39,937 bases of DNA from Candidatus Omnitrophota bacterium (lineage in GTDB: Bacteria; Omnitrophota; Omnitrophia; Omnitrophales; Danuiimicrobiaceae): positions 1 to 39,937 of the forward strand of contig JACQQT010000031.1 of the NCBI GenBank assembly GCA_016206815.1. Reading direction: 5' to 3'. The notes under the pieces were generated by a model. It saw nothing but the letters and a program-made list of their open reading frames with translations. It had not been told where the DNA came from and made no database searches. A program made the translations under genes and the position numbers. Positions 8,496-17,816 of this stretch are shown piece by piece (the stretch's first letter is position 1; every line of letters begins with the position of its first letter).

Positions 8496-9359
8496 ATGCA
8501 CCAGATTCAACTTCTTAGGAAATACGGCCTTTCCGTCCGAGGTTTTCGCGGCCAGCATTTGTTGGTCGATGAAAATGTTCAGCGTAAGATCGTTTCAGCG
8601 ATCGATCCGAAGAGCAAGGAGACGATCGTTGAGATCGGTCCCGGCCTCGGCGCCATCACCGCGTTGCTTTTAGAAAGCGGGGCTCGGGTGATTGCGGTTG
8701 AACAGGACAGCCGGTTTGTCGAGATTCTTCAAGGCGAGCTGGGCCGGGATTTTAGGAAATTATCTTTGGTTCACGGCGATATTTTAAAAACGGATCTTCA
8801 AAAATTTGTAAAAGGTAAAATAAAGCTGAGGGTCATCGGGAATATCCCTTACTATATCACTTCTCCGATCCTGCTTTATCTCATCGGGCAACGTTCCAGG
8901 ATTGATTCGGTTTACTTGACGATTCAGCGGGAAATTGCGGATCGGATTTTTGCACAGCCGGGCAGCAAAGCTTACGGCCGTTTGTCGCTGTTGGTTCGTT
9001 TTTATGCCGATGCGAACCGTCTTTTCGAGATTTCCCGGAATTGTTTTTCGCCCGTTCCGAATGTTGATTCCACTTTCATCGAGCTGGTTTTCCGGAGAGC
9101 GCTTCCGAGTTCCATTGATGAGAGCGTTTTATTTAAGATCATTCAGTACGGATTTAAATCCCGGCGGAAAAATATTTTGAATGCGATCTCAGAAGGATTC
9201 AAAGATCAAATGCCCAGGGAAGAGATTCGCGCCCTGATCCATTCGGCCGGATTAAGGGATACCATGCGCGCCGAAGAACTGATGCTAAAAGATTTTATTC
9301 GCTTGGCGGAACACATGGGGAAGCGCTGCCTGGGCAGCAGCGTTGACTTTGCGGACTAG
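8496..9359 (+). CDS. rsmA: 16S rRNA (adenine1518/1519-N6) dimethyltransferase
   Basis: GQHLLVDENV, SAM-binding EIGPGLGAIT and NIPYYITSPIL motifs. Start at MHQIQLL (8496) preferred. Confidence 0.9.
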   Translation: MHQIQLLRKYGLSVRGFRGQHLLVDENVQRKIVSAIDPKSKETIVEIGPGLGAITALLLESGARVIAVEQDSRFVEILQGELGRDFRKLSLVHGDILKTDLQKFVKGKIKLRVIGNIPYYITSPILLYLIGQRSRIDSVYLTIQREIADRIFAQPGSKAYGRLSLLVRFYADANRLFEISRNCFSPVPNVDSTFIELVFRRALPSSIDESVLFKIIQYGFKSRRKNILNAISEGFKDQMPREEIRALIHSAGLRDTMRAEELMLKDFIRLAEHMGKRCLGSSVDFAD

Positions 9360-9371
9360 ATATGTTACTAT
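9343..9371 (+). promoter_or_regulatory. Candidate sigma-70 promoter for the gatC-led gene array
   Basis: TTGACT (9343-9348), 17-nt spacer, TACTAT (9366-9371), inside the 3' end of rsmA. Confidence 0.35.
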
Positions 9372-9397
9372 CCCCTTTAATTATAAGGACTTAAGTC

Positions 9398-9688
9398 ATG
9401 TCTCAAAAATTTGATATTCAACAGCTTGCAGAGCTCGTGCGTCTTAATTTAAAACCGGATGAGCGTGCCAAACTTTCCCGGGACCTTGAGAAGATATTAG
9501 CTTATGTCGAGCAGCTTCAAACCTTAGAGACGGATCAGGTTCAACCTACCAGCCACGTTCTTCAGATTGAAAATGTTTTCCGCAAGGATATCGTGAAACC
9601 ATCCAAAGTCAGGGAATCCGTTTTGAAATACGCTCCGAAGCGTTCCAATCAATTTTTTAAAGTTCCGAAAGTCATCGAGGAAACTTAA
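9398..9688 (+). CDS. gatC: Asp/Glu-tRNA amidotransferase subunit C
   Basis: 96 aa, typical GatC size and sequence (LAELVRLNL...E..KL..DL..IL.YVEQL), directly upstream of gatA and gatB. Confidence 0.9.
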   Translation: MSQKFDIQQLAELVRLNLKPDERAKLSRDLEKILAYVEQLQTLETDQVQPTSHVLQIENVFRKDIVKPSKVRESVLKYAPKRSNQFFKVPKVIEET

Positions 9689-9692
9689 GCCG

Positions 9693-11138
9693 ATGGAACT
9701 TTTTCGCCTTACCATCAAACAGGCACAAGAAGTCGTCCGGAAAACTCCGAAGCAGGCAGGAGAACTCCTTCAAGCTTTAACGAAACGGATCGGACAAGTT
9801 GATTCCAAGCTGAAAGCTTACGTTCGCTTTAATCCAAACCACATTCAGCTTCCGAAGCGCTCTGATCAAAATGCACCGCTTCTGGGAATTCCGATTTCAG
9901 TCAAAGACAACATGGTGACGCAGGATTGGGAAACGACCTGCGGTTCCAAGATTTTGAAAGGTTTTGTTCCTCCCTATGATGCAACGGTGATCAAAAAACT
10001 GAAAGAAGCGGGCGCAACCATTTTTGGAAAATGCAATATGGATGAGTTTGCATTTGGATCTTCTTGTGAAACATCTTGTTTCGGCCCCACCCGAAATCCG
10101 TGGAATGTCGACTGCGTGCCGGGCGGCTCCAGCGGAGGTTCCGCCGCCGCGGTTGCGAGCGATACGGCGATTGCCGCATTAGGGTCGGACACGGGCGGTT
10201 CGATTCGCCAGCCGGCAAGTTTCTGCGGCGTTGTGGGTTTAAAACCCACCTATGGCCGCGTTTCGCGCTACGGTCTTGTGGCTTTTGGTTCAAGTTTAGA
10301 TCAGATCGGACCTATTACAAAAACCGTGGAAGATGCCGCGATCCTGCTGAATGTCATTGCCGGCCACGATGAATGCGATTCTACTTCGGCGGATATTCCG
10401 GTCCCTGATTACACCTCTTTTTTGGGAAAGAATGTGAAGGGACTCAAGATCGGGCTTCCGAAAGAATATTTTGCCGAAGGCTTGAATCCTCAGGTTGAGA
10501 GAAAAGTGAAAGAGGCAATCACCGTGCTGCGGGATTTGGGAGCCGGTTGCGTGGAGGTGAGTTTGCCGTACATGAAGTATGCCGTTGCCGTTTATTACGT
10601 GGTGGCGGTAGCTGAGGCCAGTTCCAACCTAGGCCGGTTTGACGGGGTTCAATACGGTTTGCGTGCTGAAAATTCCAATCTTCGCGATATGTATTTTGAA
10701 ACGAGGAATCAGGGTTTCGGTGCGGAAGCGAAACGCAGAATCTTGCTGGGCACCTTCGTTCTTTCGGCAGGTTATTATGATGCCTACTACTTAAAAGGTC
10801 TCAAGGTCAGAACGCTGATTAAGCAGGATTTTGACCGGGTTTTTGAAAAAGTGGACTTGATTTTAGGGCCGACTTCTCCGACGCCGGCTTTTAAGGTCGG
10901 AGAGCTGACGAGTGACCCGCTTGCGATGTATCTTTCGGATATTTATACCATTTCCGCTAATCTCGCAGGCATTCCGGCGATGAGTATTCCATGCGGGTTT
11001 AGCAGGGACGGGGTGACCCCGCCCCTCCCCATCGGCCTTCAGCTGATGGCAAAACCGTTTGAGGAAGGAACCATCTTTCGTGCCGCTTCTGCCTATGAAC
11101 AAGCCACGAAATGGTATGAACAAAAACCAAAGTTATGA
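9693..11138 (+). CDS. gatA: Asp/Glu-tRNA amidotransferase subunit A
   Basis: 481 aa. Amidase signature [12 protein letters not shown] and [12 protein letters not shown]. Confidence 0.95.
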   Translation: MELFRLTIKQAQEVVRKTPKQAGELLQALTKRIGQVDSKLKAYVRFNPNHIQLPKRSDQNAPLLGIPISVKDNMVTQDWETTCGSKILKGFVPPYDATVIKKLKEAGATIFGKCNMDEFAFGSSCETSCFGPTRNPWNVDCVPGGSSGGSAAAVASDTAIAALGSDTGGSIRQPASFCGVVGLKPTYGRVSRYGLVAFGSSLDQIGPITKTVEDAAILLNVIAGHDECDSTSADIPVPDYTSFLGKNVKGLKIGLPKEYFAEGLNPQVERKVKEAITVLRDLGAGCVEVSLPYMKYAVAVYYVVAVAEASSNLGRFDGVQYGLRAENSNLRDMYFETRNQGFGAEAKRRILLGTFVLSAGYYDAYYLKGLKVRTLIKQDFDRVFEKVDLILGPTSPTPAFKVGELTSDPLAMYLSDIYTISANLAGIPAMSIPCGFSRDGVTPPLPIGLQLMAKPFEEGTIFRAASAYEQATKWYEQKPKL

Positions 11139-12589
11139 ACACTCAATACGAATCCGTGATCGGACTTGAAGTTCACGTTCAGCTTAAAACCAAGAGTAAA
11201 ATTTTCTGCGCGTGCTCCGCCGCCTTTGGCTGCGAGGCAAATGAGAACACGTGCCCGGTATGTTTGGGGCTTCCCGGTTCGCTTCCGGTCTTAAATGAGA
11301 AAGTGCTTGAGCTCGCCATCAAAGTGGGCCTCGCACTCAATTGCCGAATTTCGGAACGGATCAAATTCGATCGCAAGAATTATTTTTACCCAGACCTTCC
11401 AAAGGCCTATCAGATTTCTCAGTATGACATGCCCGTTGCTTCAAAAGGTTTTCTCGTCGTTGAAATCAAAGGAGACGGCGGGGTGTTAACGGAAAAAAGG
11501 ATAGGGATTACACGCGCCCATCTTGAAGAAGATGCCGGCAAGCTGCTTCATGAAGGAATCAAAGACGGAAGCTGGGTGGACTATAATCGGGCAGGCGTAC
11601 CGCTTCTTGAGATCGTTTCAGAACCGGATCTCCGCACACCCGAAGAGGCGTTTCAATATCTTGTGAGTTTGAAGGCGATTTTGCAATACCTAGAGGTCAG
11701 TGATTGCAATATGGAAGAAGGAAGCCTTCGGTGTGATGCGAATGTGTCGATTCGAAGCATCGGAGAAACGAAGTTGGGAACGAAAGTGGAAATTAAGAAT
11801 ATGAATTCTTTCCGAGCCGTTCAGAAAGCACTGGCTTATGAAGTCAAGCGACAAACCAAAGCGGTTGAAAGCGGTGAGAAAATCATACAGGAGACTCGGC
11901 TTTGGAATGAATCCAAGAGCGAAACTTTCAGCATGCGCTCAAAGGAGCAGGCACATGACTACCGCTATTTTCCAGAGCCGGATTTGGTTCCGTTTTCCGT
12001 AGCGAGTGAAAAAATCGAGACGATTAAAAAATCTCTTCCCGAGCTGCCGAAAGCAAGGTGGGATCGGTTTAAAACTCGTTACGGACTTTCTGATTACGAT
12101 GCCTATGTGCTGACTTCTGATAAAATACTCGGCGATTATTTTGAAGCGTGCATCCAAGAAAAAGCGGACCCCAAACTCACCAGCAATTGGATTCAGTCCG
12201 AACTCCTGGCGCTTTTGAACGCCGGAAAAATCGCGATCGGCGACTCACCGGTAAAAGCCAAAGATTTAGCGGGTTTAATCCGTTTGATTGGAAACAACAC
12301 CGTGAGCGGAAAAATTGCCAAAGAGATACTTCCGATGATGTTTGAGACCCGGAAATCAGCAGAAACCATCGTCAAGGAAAAAGGTCTTGTTCAGGTGACG
12401 GATCTCAAAGTTCTGGAGGAAGCGGCGGATCGAGTGATCCGGGCGAATGCGAAATCCGTTTCTGATCTTAAGGCAGGGAAAAAACAAGCGCTTGGATTTT
12501 TGGTAGGGCAGGTGATGAAAGAAACGAAGGGTAAAGCCAATCCAAAGTTGATCAACGAAATTTTGACTCAAAAGCTTCCAATTCAGTAA
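11135..12589 (+). CDS. gatB: Asp/Glu-tRNA amidotransferase subunit B
   Basis: 484 aa. [14 protein letters not shown]-terminus, [10 protein letters not shown]-terminal GatB/YqeY domain. ATGA overlap with gatA. Confidence 0.95.
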   Translation: MNTQYESVIGLEVHVQLKTKSKIFCACSAAFGCEANENTCPVCLGLPGSLPVLNEKVLELAIKVGLALNCRISERIKFDRKNYFYPDLPKAYQISQYDMPVASKGFLVVEIKGDGGVLTEKRIGITRAHLEEDAGKLLHEGIKDGSWVDYNRAGVPLLEIVSEPDLRTPEEAFQYLVSLKAILQYLEVSDCNMEEGSLRCDANVSIRSIGETKLGTKVEIKNMNSFRAVQKALAYEVKRQTKAVESGEKIIQETRLWNESKSETFSMRSKEQAHDYRYFPEPDLVPFSVASEKIETIKKSLPELPKARWDRFKTRYGLSDYDAYVLTSDKILGDYFEACIQEKADPKLTSNWIQSELLALLNAGKIAIGDSPVKAKDLAGLIRLIGNNTVSGKIAKEILPMMFETRKSAETIVKEKGLVQVTDLKVLEEAADRVIRANAKSVSDLKAGKKQALGFLVGQVMKETKGKANPKLINEILTQKLPIQ

Positions 12590-13560
12590 TGGCGAGACGT
12601 GGACGAAAATTCACGAAAAAACTGAATCTGAAGAAATTTTTCAGAGATTATCCGATCGTACCGCTGATCGCGGTCATTTTTGCGCTTGGGGTTTGGTTGG
12701 GATTTGGACTGGGGCAAAAAAGTGTGACGTGGCGTTTTCCGGCAAAGCAAGTTCAAACATTCACAGAAGCACCCAAAAAACAAAAGCTTGATCGGACCGT
12801 TCCCGCCGTCGTTGTCCCTGCCGTCACCTTGCCGAAAGGATCGGCACAAAAACAGGAAGTTGTAAAGATAGCGCGCATCCTGCCGCCGGTTCCGTCGGTA
12901 CCAAAACCAAAGATCGCATTGGTCATTGATGATATCGGATACAATAAACGCTACGCGGATCTTTTATTTTCTTTAGACCGGCACTTGACACTTGCCATCC
13001 TGCCCCAGCTCCCTTATTCCAGATATTTTGCCGAGGAAGCAAAGAAGCGGGGTTTTGATACGATTTTGCATTTGCCGTTGGAACCCGAAGACAAATCTGA
13101 AGATCCGGGACCCGGTGAAATCACGGTCCAGATGAGCGCCCATGAAATGAGCGCTGTTCTTGAAGAGAATTTGAAATCGGTTCCGGGCGCAATCGGCGTC
13201 AATAACCATATGGGTTCGCTGGCAACGCGGAATCGGAGTGTCATGTATTTGGTGTTAAAAGAATTGAAACGGAGAGGCCTCTTTTTCTTAGACAGCATGA
13301 CTCATCCCGGTTCCGTGGCTTATCATGTTGCGTATGGGGTCGGCGTTCCGGCCGCAAAACGGGATGTCTTTTTGGATAACGAGGGTCATTTTGATTATGT
13401 GATGCAGCAAATCGATGAAACCGCTAAGATTGCAAAACAAGCGGGCAATGCAGTTGCCATCGGCCATTACCGTGAAAATACGTTAGCCGCGCTCAAGCAA
13501 GCCATCGCGCAGTTAAAAGCACAGGGTTTTGAAATCGTAGCGTTAAAAGATTTAATGTGA
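12589..13560 (+). CDS. Divergent polysaccharide deacetylase family protein (YibQ-like)
   Basis: N-terminal TM anchor, IALVIDDIGYN and GVNNHMGS motifs. TAATG overlap with gatB. Confidence 0.75.
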   Translation: MARRGRKFTKKLNLKKFFRDYPIVPLIAVIFALGVWLGFGLGQKSVTWRFPAKQVQTFTEAPKKQKLDRTVPAVVVPAVTLPKGSAQKQEVVKIARILPPVPSVPKPKIALVIDDIGYNKRYADLLFSLDRHLTLAILPQLPYSRYFAEEAKKRGFDTILHLPLEPEDKSEDPGPGEITVQMSAHEMSAVLEENLKSVPGAIGVNNHMGSLATRNRSVMYLVLKELKRRGLFFLDSMTHPGSVAYHVAYGVGVPAAKRDVFLDNEGHFDYVMQQIDETAKIAKQAGNAVAIGHYRENTLAALKQAIAQLKAQGFEIVALKDLM

Positions 13561-13562
13561 TC

Positions 13563-14612
13563 ATGTATACCTTAGGAATCGAAACTTCTTGCGATGAAAC
13601 GGCGTGCGCGGTTCTCAAGGGCGGAGATCAGGTGCTCGCCAATGTGATTTCTTCTAGCCTCATCCATCACCGGCCTTTTGGAGGGGTCGTTCCGGAAATT
13701 GCTTCCCGTCACTGTTTGGAGGCGATCGATGTGGTTTATGAAAGGACACTTCGCAAAGCCCGTCTGAAGCCGAAACAAATCGATCTGATCGCAGTCACCC
13801 AAGGACCCGGGTTGATCGGGTCGGTTTTTGTCGGTGTTTCTTTTGCCAAAGCGCTCAGTTTTGCGCTGGATATTCCGCTGATCGGAGTGAATCATATCGA
13901 AGCACATTTGGAAGCCAATTTTATCGGTCAGAAGAAACCTCGTACTTTTATCGGACTGATTGCCTCCGGCGGCCACACGACTTTACTTCGGTATGAGAAA
14001 GACCGCTACCGGCTTCTCGGCGAAACGGTGGATGATGCAATCGGCGAAGCTTACGACAAGGTTGCCAAAATTTTAAATTTAGGTTATCCGGGCGGTCCGG
14101 TGATTGATCGGCTGGCCCAATCCGGCAATCCGAAATCTTTTTCGTTTACAAAGCCAAAACAGGACGGTGAGTTCGATTTTAGTTTTAGCGGAATCAAAAC
14201 AGCTGTGTTGAATTTGGTAGAACGTAACCCCCTCACCCCCACCCTCTCCCCCTTCAGGGGGAGAGGGAAGGGTGAGGGGGAGTTCGTCCAAGATCTTTGT
14301 GCGAGCTTTCAAATGCATGTGATGAATTGGATCGTACAAAAAACCTTTCTGGCTTGTGAGGAGCAAAAAGTAAGGTGCATTGTTGTTGGCGGCGGAGTCA
14401 GTGCGAATTCAAAGCTGCGTTCACTGCTTTCAGAAGAAGCCGAATTAAGAGGAATTCAATGGTTCCTTCCGCCGCTGGAATTGACAACCGACAACGCAGC
14501 AATGATTGCCAGACTTGGTTATGCGCAGTTTAAGCAGGGCAGGCGATCTGATTTCACAATGGCAGCGAATCCATCTCTAAAGATTGGAGGCGAGATCAAT
14601 GGGAGACATTGA
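13563..14612 (+). CDS. tsaD: tRNA N6-adenosine threonylcarbamoyltransferase
   Basis: LGIETSCDET, metal-binding NHIEAHL, SGGHT, GYPGGP. GTG 13557 is an alternative start. Carries an in-frame palindromic insertion (next feature). Confidence 0.9.
   Translation: MYTLGIETSCDETACAVLKGGDQVLANVISSSLIHHRPFGGVVPEIASRHCLEAIDVVYERTLRKARLKPKQIDLIAVTQGPGLIGSVFVGVSFAKALSFALDIPLIGVNHIEAHLEANFIGQKKPRTFIGLIASGGHTTLLRYEKDRYRLLGETVDDAIGEAYDKVAKILNLGYPGGPVIDRLAQSGNPKSFSFTKPKQDGEFDFSFSGIKTAVLNLVERNPLTPTLSPFRGRGKGEGEFVQDLCASFQMHVMNWIVQKTFLACEEQKVRCIVVGGGVSANSKLRSLLSEEAELRGIQWFLPPLELTTDNAAMIARLGYAQFKQGRRSDFTMAANPSLKIGGEINGRH
14228..14280. repeat. Imperfect palindromic REP-like element embedded in-frame in tsaD
   Basis: CCCCCTCACCC-CCA-CCCTCTCCCCC / TTCA / GGGGGAGAGGG-AA-GGGTGAGGGGG: two 11-bp perfect stem segments separated by a small internal bubble. 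Translates as PLTPTLSPFRGRGKGEGE. Confidence 0.7.
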
Positions 14613-15033
14613 ACTGGTGATACGACTTAGCGTAGCGATTGTTTTGGGAGGGTTCATCGGGTTTGAACGTGAACTGCATGGGAAAGTAGCCGGATTCAGG
14701 ACGCACGCACTCGTGGCTTTGGGTTCCGCGTTGATCATGCTGGTTTCGATTCATATGTTTGAGGTCTATCATGGCGTGGCTGAGGTAGATCCCGGTCGAA
14801 TCGCAGCCCAGGTAGTGACGGGAGTCGGATTTCTGGGTGCAGGTACGATTATCCGTTCTGAAAAAGGAATCCACGGTCTCACCACTGCGGCAGGGCTTTG
14901 GACGGCTTCCGGCATTGGCCTTGCCAGCGGTCTCGGTTTTTTTCGGGCGGCGTTTGCAGCGACAGCCATTACGTTAGTCGTTCTCATTATTTTTTCAAAG
15001 ATCGGCAGAAAAATCGGCGCACGTGATGTCTAG
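14599..15033 (+). CDS. MgtC/SapB family membrane protein
   Basis: GFIGFERE, GFRTHALVALGSAL and DPGRIAAQVVTGVGFLGAG motifs. ATG 14599 overlaps the tsaD end by 14 nt. Confidence 0.85.
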   Translation: MGDIELVIRLSVAIVLGGFIGFERELHGKVAGFRTHALVALGSALIMLVSIHMFEVYHGVAEVDPGRIAAQVVTGVGFLGAGTIIRSEKGIHGLTTAAGLWTASGIGLASGLGFFRAAFAATAITLVVLIIFSKIGRKIGARDV

Positions 15034-15035
15034 CC

Positions 15036-15815
15036 ATGTATTCTCAACAGGCCGTTGAAAATATTTTAAAGCAGATTGCAAAGAAAAAAATCACACCCAA
15101 ACGCGCTTTCCAAAAACTTCGGCACCTTTCTTACGAGTCGTTAAAGTTTGCCCGCATCGATCATCATCGGCCCATCCGAAAAAATCTGCCGGAGGTGATC
15201 TACGCACCGGGGAAGACCGATCAACAACTCCGCAGAATCACAAGTGCCATGAAGGGCAAGGGTCCGCTCCTCATCACGCGTTTAGAAAGGGGCAGATATC
15301 GAAGACTAAAGCGATATTTCCCCAAACTTTCTTATTCGGAAGAAGGCTGCATCGCCTACGCTGCCGGCAAGACGAGTACCGAGGGATTGGTTGCCATTGT
15401 GACGGCAGGTACGAGTGACATCCCGATTGCAGAAGAAGCAAAGATCACGCTCAAGCTGCTCGGCAGGGGTGTGGCGTGTTTTTACGATGTCGGCGTTTCC
15501 GGTTTGCATCGCCTATTGGATCATTTGCGGGAGATTGAGAAGGCAAATGTTGTCATCTGCATTGCCGGCATGGAAGGCGCATTGCCAAGCGTCTTAGCAG
15601 GTTTGATTGCGAAACCCGTTGTTGCAGTTCCTACCAGCAGCGGATATGGCGCAAGCTTTGGCGGATTGGCACCACTCCTTACCATGATGAGTTCTTGCGC
15701 CCAAGGGGTTGCGGTGGTCAACATTGATTCAGGTTTCAGCGCTGCCTGCTTTGCCCATTTGGTTCTGGGTTCGTCATCCATAAATGCTGATGACATAGGG
15801 GAGAAAAGAAGGTAG
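15036..15815 (+). CDS. larB: Nickel-pincer cofactor biosynthesis protein LarB (PurE-like NaAD carboxylase/hydrolase)
   Basis: 259 aa. PEVIYAPGKT, VTAGTSDIPIAEEA and AGMEGALPSVLAGL motifs as in LarB. Confidence 0.8.
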   Translation: MYSQQAVENILKQIAKKKITPKRAFQKLRHLSYESLKFARIDHHRPIRKNLPEVIYAPGKTDQQLRRITSAMKGKGPLLITRLERGRYRRLKRYFPKLSYSEEGCIAYAAGKTSTEGLVAIVTAGTSDIPIAEEAKITLKLLGRGVACFYDVGVSGLHRLLDHLREIEKANVVICIAGMEGALPSVLAGLIAKPVVAVPTSSGYGASFGGLAPLLTMMSSCAQGVAVVNIDSGFSAACFAHLVLGSSSINADDIGEKRR

Positions 15816-15848
15816 AATCACGCTCTACTACAAAGGGAAAAGGGGATA

Positions 15849-16718
15849 ATGAAACTCAAGATAGCACTCCCAAAAGGGAGTTTAGAACAAGCAACTTATC
15901 AACTGTTTCAGAAAGCGGGCTTCAATATCGTTGTCGGGGCCCGTTCTTATTACCCGACGGTCGATGACCCAGAACTGGAGATCGTTCTTTATCGGCCGCA
16001 GGAAATGCCGCGCTATGTTGAAGATGGCGTTGTTGATTGCGGGCTGACGGGGTATGACTGGGTGACGGAAAATGAAGCAGACGTCGAAGAGATCACGGAA
16101 CTCAAGTACTCCAAGGCAACCAGCCGTCCGGTCCGGTGGGTGCTTGCGGTCCATAACGATTCCAAATTCAGAACGGTCAAAGATCTTCAGGGGAAGAAGA
16201 TTGCCACAGAGCTTGTCAACGTGACGAAACGATACTTGGTGATCAAAAAGGTAAAGGCGGAGGTTGAGTTTTCGTGGGGTGCTACGGAAGTGAAACCGCC
16301 GCGCCTTGCCGATGCGATTGTCGAAGCGACGGAAACAGGTTCGAGCCTGAAGGCGAATAACCTGCGCGTTATCGATACCGTGTTGACATCTACCACACGT
16401 TTCATCGCCAATAAAAAAAGTTTCAAAGATGCCGCCAAGCGGGCCAAGATAGACCGCATGGTTCTCTTGCTTCAAGGAGCCATCAATGCTCAGGATAAAG
16501 TCGGCTTAAAAATGAATGTTTCAAAGGTGAACCTCAACAAGGTTTTAAAACTTTTGCCGGCGCTTAAGAAGCCGACGATTTCCAGCCTTTCAAGCGATGG
16601 CTGGTATGACGTGGATACAATTATTGACGAGAAGGTAGTTCGCGAATTAATTCCGGACTTGAGAAAATCCGGCGCAGAAGGAATTATTGAATATCCTTTG
16701 AACAAAGTGATTTACTAG
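15849..16718 (+). CDS. hisG: ATP phosphoribosyltransferase, long form
   Basis: 289 aa. [13 protein letters not shown]-terminus, catalytic domain plus C-terminal regulatory domain length. Confidence 0.9.
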   Translation: MKLKIALPKGSLEQATYQLFQKAGFNIVVGARSYYPTVDDPELEIVLYRPQEMPRYVEDGVVDCGLTGYDWVTENEADVEEITELKYSKATSRPVRWVLAVHNDSKFRTVKDLQGKKIATELVNVTKRYLVIKKVKAEVEFSWGATEVKPPRLADAIVEATETGSSLKANNLRVIDTVLTSTTRFIANKKSFKDAAKRAKIDRMVLLLQGAINAQDKVGLKMNVSKVNLNKVLKLLPALKKPTISSLSSDGWYDVDTIIDEKVVRELIPDLRKSGAEGIIEYPLNKVIY

Positions 16719-16729
16719 GGAGGCAATTT

Positions 16730-16828
16730 ATGCCTTGCGGACGAAAGCGCAAAAAGCGCAAGATGAACAAGCATAAGCGGAAGAAAAAGCTCCGCAAGCA
16801 TCGTCACAAAAAGAAAGCCTGGTCGTAA
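16730..16828 (+). CDS. 32-aa Lys/Arg-rich small protein, candidate ribosomal protein bS22-like (AURKAIP1/COX24-type)
   Basis: Not in the supplied ORF track (under 60 aa). GGGAGG 6 nt upstream of the ATG. Translation MPCGRKRKKRKMNKHKRKKKLRKHRHKKKAWS. Followed by a strong hairpin with T tract. Confidence 0.5.
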   Translation: MPCGRKRKKRKMNKHKRKKKLRKHRHKKKAWS

Positions 16829-16856
16829 CCGGGACGTGAGGGGTAATTCCTCACAT

Positions 16857-16909
16857 GTCATTGCGAGGCAGCGCCCAAAGGCGCCGTCCTCGCAATGACG
16901 TACTTTTTC
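16857..16909 (+). terminator. REP-like nested hairpin acting as a probable intrinsic terminator of the gatC-hisG-small ORF array
   Basis: GTCATTGCGAGG (16857-16868) pairs with CCTCGCAATGAC (16888-16899), with an inner GGCGC-containing stem, followed by TACTTTTTCT. Preceded by a small hairpin GTGAGG-N7-CCTCAC (16836-16854). Confidence 0.55.
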
Positions 16910-16932
16910 TCGTCCTCACCCTTCTGTTTTCT

Positions 16933-17799
16933 ATGAATTCGCTCACGATTTCATCTCCGGCAAAGGTCAATTTATTTCTGAAGGTTTTAGGGCGCCGCCG
17001 GGATGGATACCACGAGCTCTTAACACGCTTCCATCGGATCTCGCTTCAAGACCAGATCATCCTCAAAAAGATTAAAAAACCTCAGTTTCGTCTCATCACC
17101 ACTCATCTGAAGTTACGTTCTGTCCGCAAGAACCTGATTTACAAAGCGTATCGACTTTTAAAGAACTCAGCGGACTGGCAAGGAGGTGTAGAGGTCAAAC
17201 TGCGGAAAAGGATCCCGATCGCTGCAGGTTTAGGCGGAGGATCCAGCAATGCAGCTCATTTTCTTCTGGGCATGAACCGGCTTTTCGGGCTTCGATTGTC
17301 CAGGGCAGCTCTCGTGAAAATAGGAGCACAGATCGGCTCAGACGTTCCTTTTTTTCTTTATCAGACCAAAGAAGCAATTGGAACCGGCCGTGGTGAAAGA
17401 ATTAAGGTGATCCCTTGCCGGCATAAGCTTTGGTTTGTGCTCGTTGTCCCTCAGAGCGGCATTTCGACCGCTCAAGTTTATCAACAGTTAAAAGCCGCAC
17501 CGTTGACAAGAATAAGTGCTGATGCTACAATAACTTCCGCTTTTTCTCGGGGTATGAGAAAGAAGGAGAAGGGGCATCGTTTGCATAATGACCTTTTCCC
17601 GGTAAGCTCGCGATTGCTGCCTCAATTGAGGCAGATAGATGCGCTCTTTGACCAAGTTGGAGCACCCGAACGGTTAATGTCTGGAAGCGGTCCAACGATC
17701 TTCAGCATTCATCCATTTAAGGAGGAAGCCGAAAAGGTGGCTCGTCGGATTCAGCGCCTGAAATTGAACGCTCAAGTTTTCGTCTGCCATACTTACTGA
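16933..17799 (+). CDS. ispE: 4-diphosphocytidyl-2-C-methyl-D-erythritol kinase
   Basis: SPAKVNLFLKV and GHMP kinase motif PIAAGLGGGSSNAA. ATG 16933 preferred, because the ORF extension to 16855 reads through the REP hairpin. Confidence 0.85.
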   Translation: MNSLTISSPAKVNLFLKVLGRRRDGYHELLTRFHRISLQDQIILKKIKKPQFRLITTHLKLRSVRKNLIYKAYRLLKNSADWQGGVEVKLRKRIPIAAGLGGGSSNAAHFLLGMNRLFGLRLSRAALVKIGAQIGSDVPFFLYQTKEAIGTGRGERIKVIPCRHKLWFVLVVPQSGISTAQVYQQLKAAPLTRISADATITSAFSRGMRKKEKGHRLHNDLFPVSSRLLPQLRQIDALFDQVGAPERLMSGSGPTIFSIHPFKEEAEKVARRIQRLKLNAQVFVCHTY

Positions 17800-17816
17800 G
17801 ATGAGAAGTCTAGGCC

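Noticed and set aside
15882-16475. 197-aa ORF antisense to hisG, plus similar antisense ORFs at 20842-21459, 27553-28110 and 21537-22025
   Set aside because: All lie fully inside well-supported genes on the opposite strand. Their products are Arg/Pro/His-rich and low in complexity, with no start-site signals. They are typical antisense artefacts.
16855-16932. 26-aa N-terminal extension of ispE (MSLRGSAQRRRPRNDV...)
   Set aside because: It is the translation of the REP-like terminator hairpin. The conserved IspE sequence begins at the ATG at 16933.
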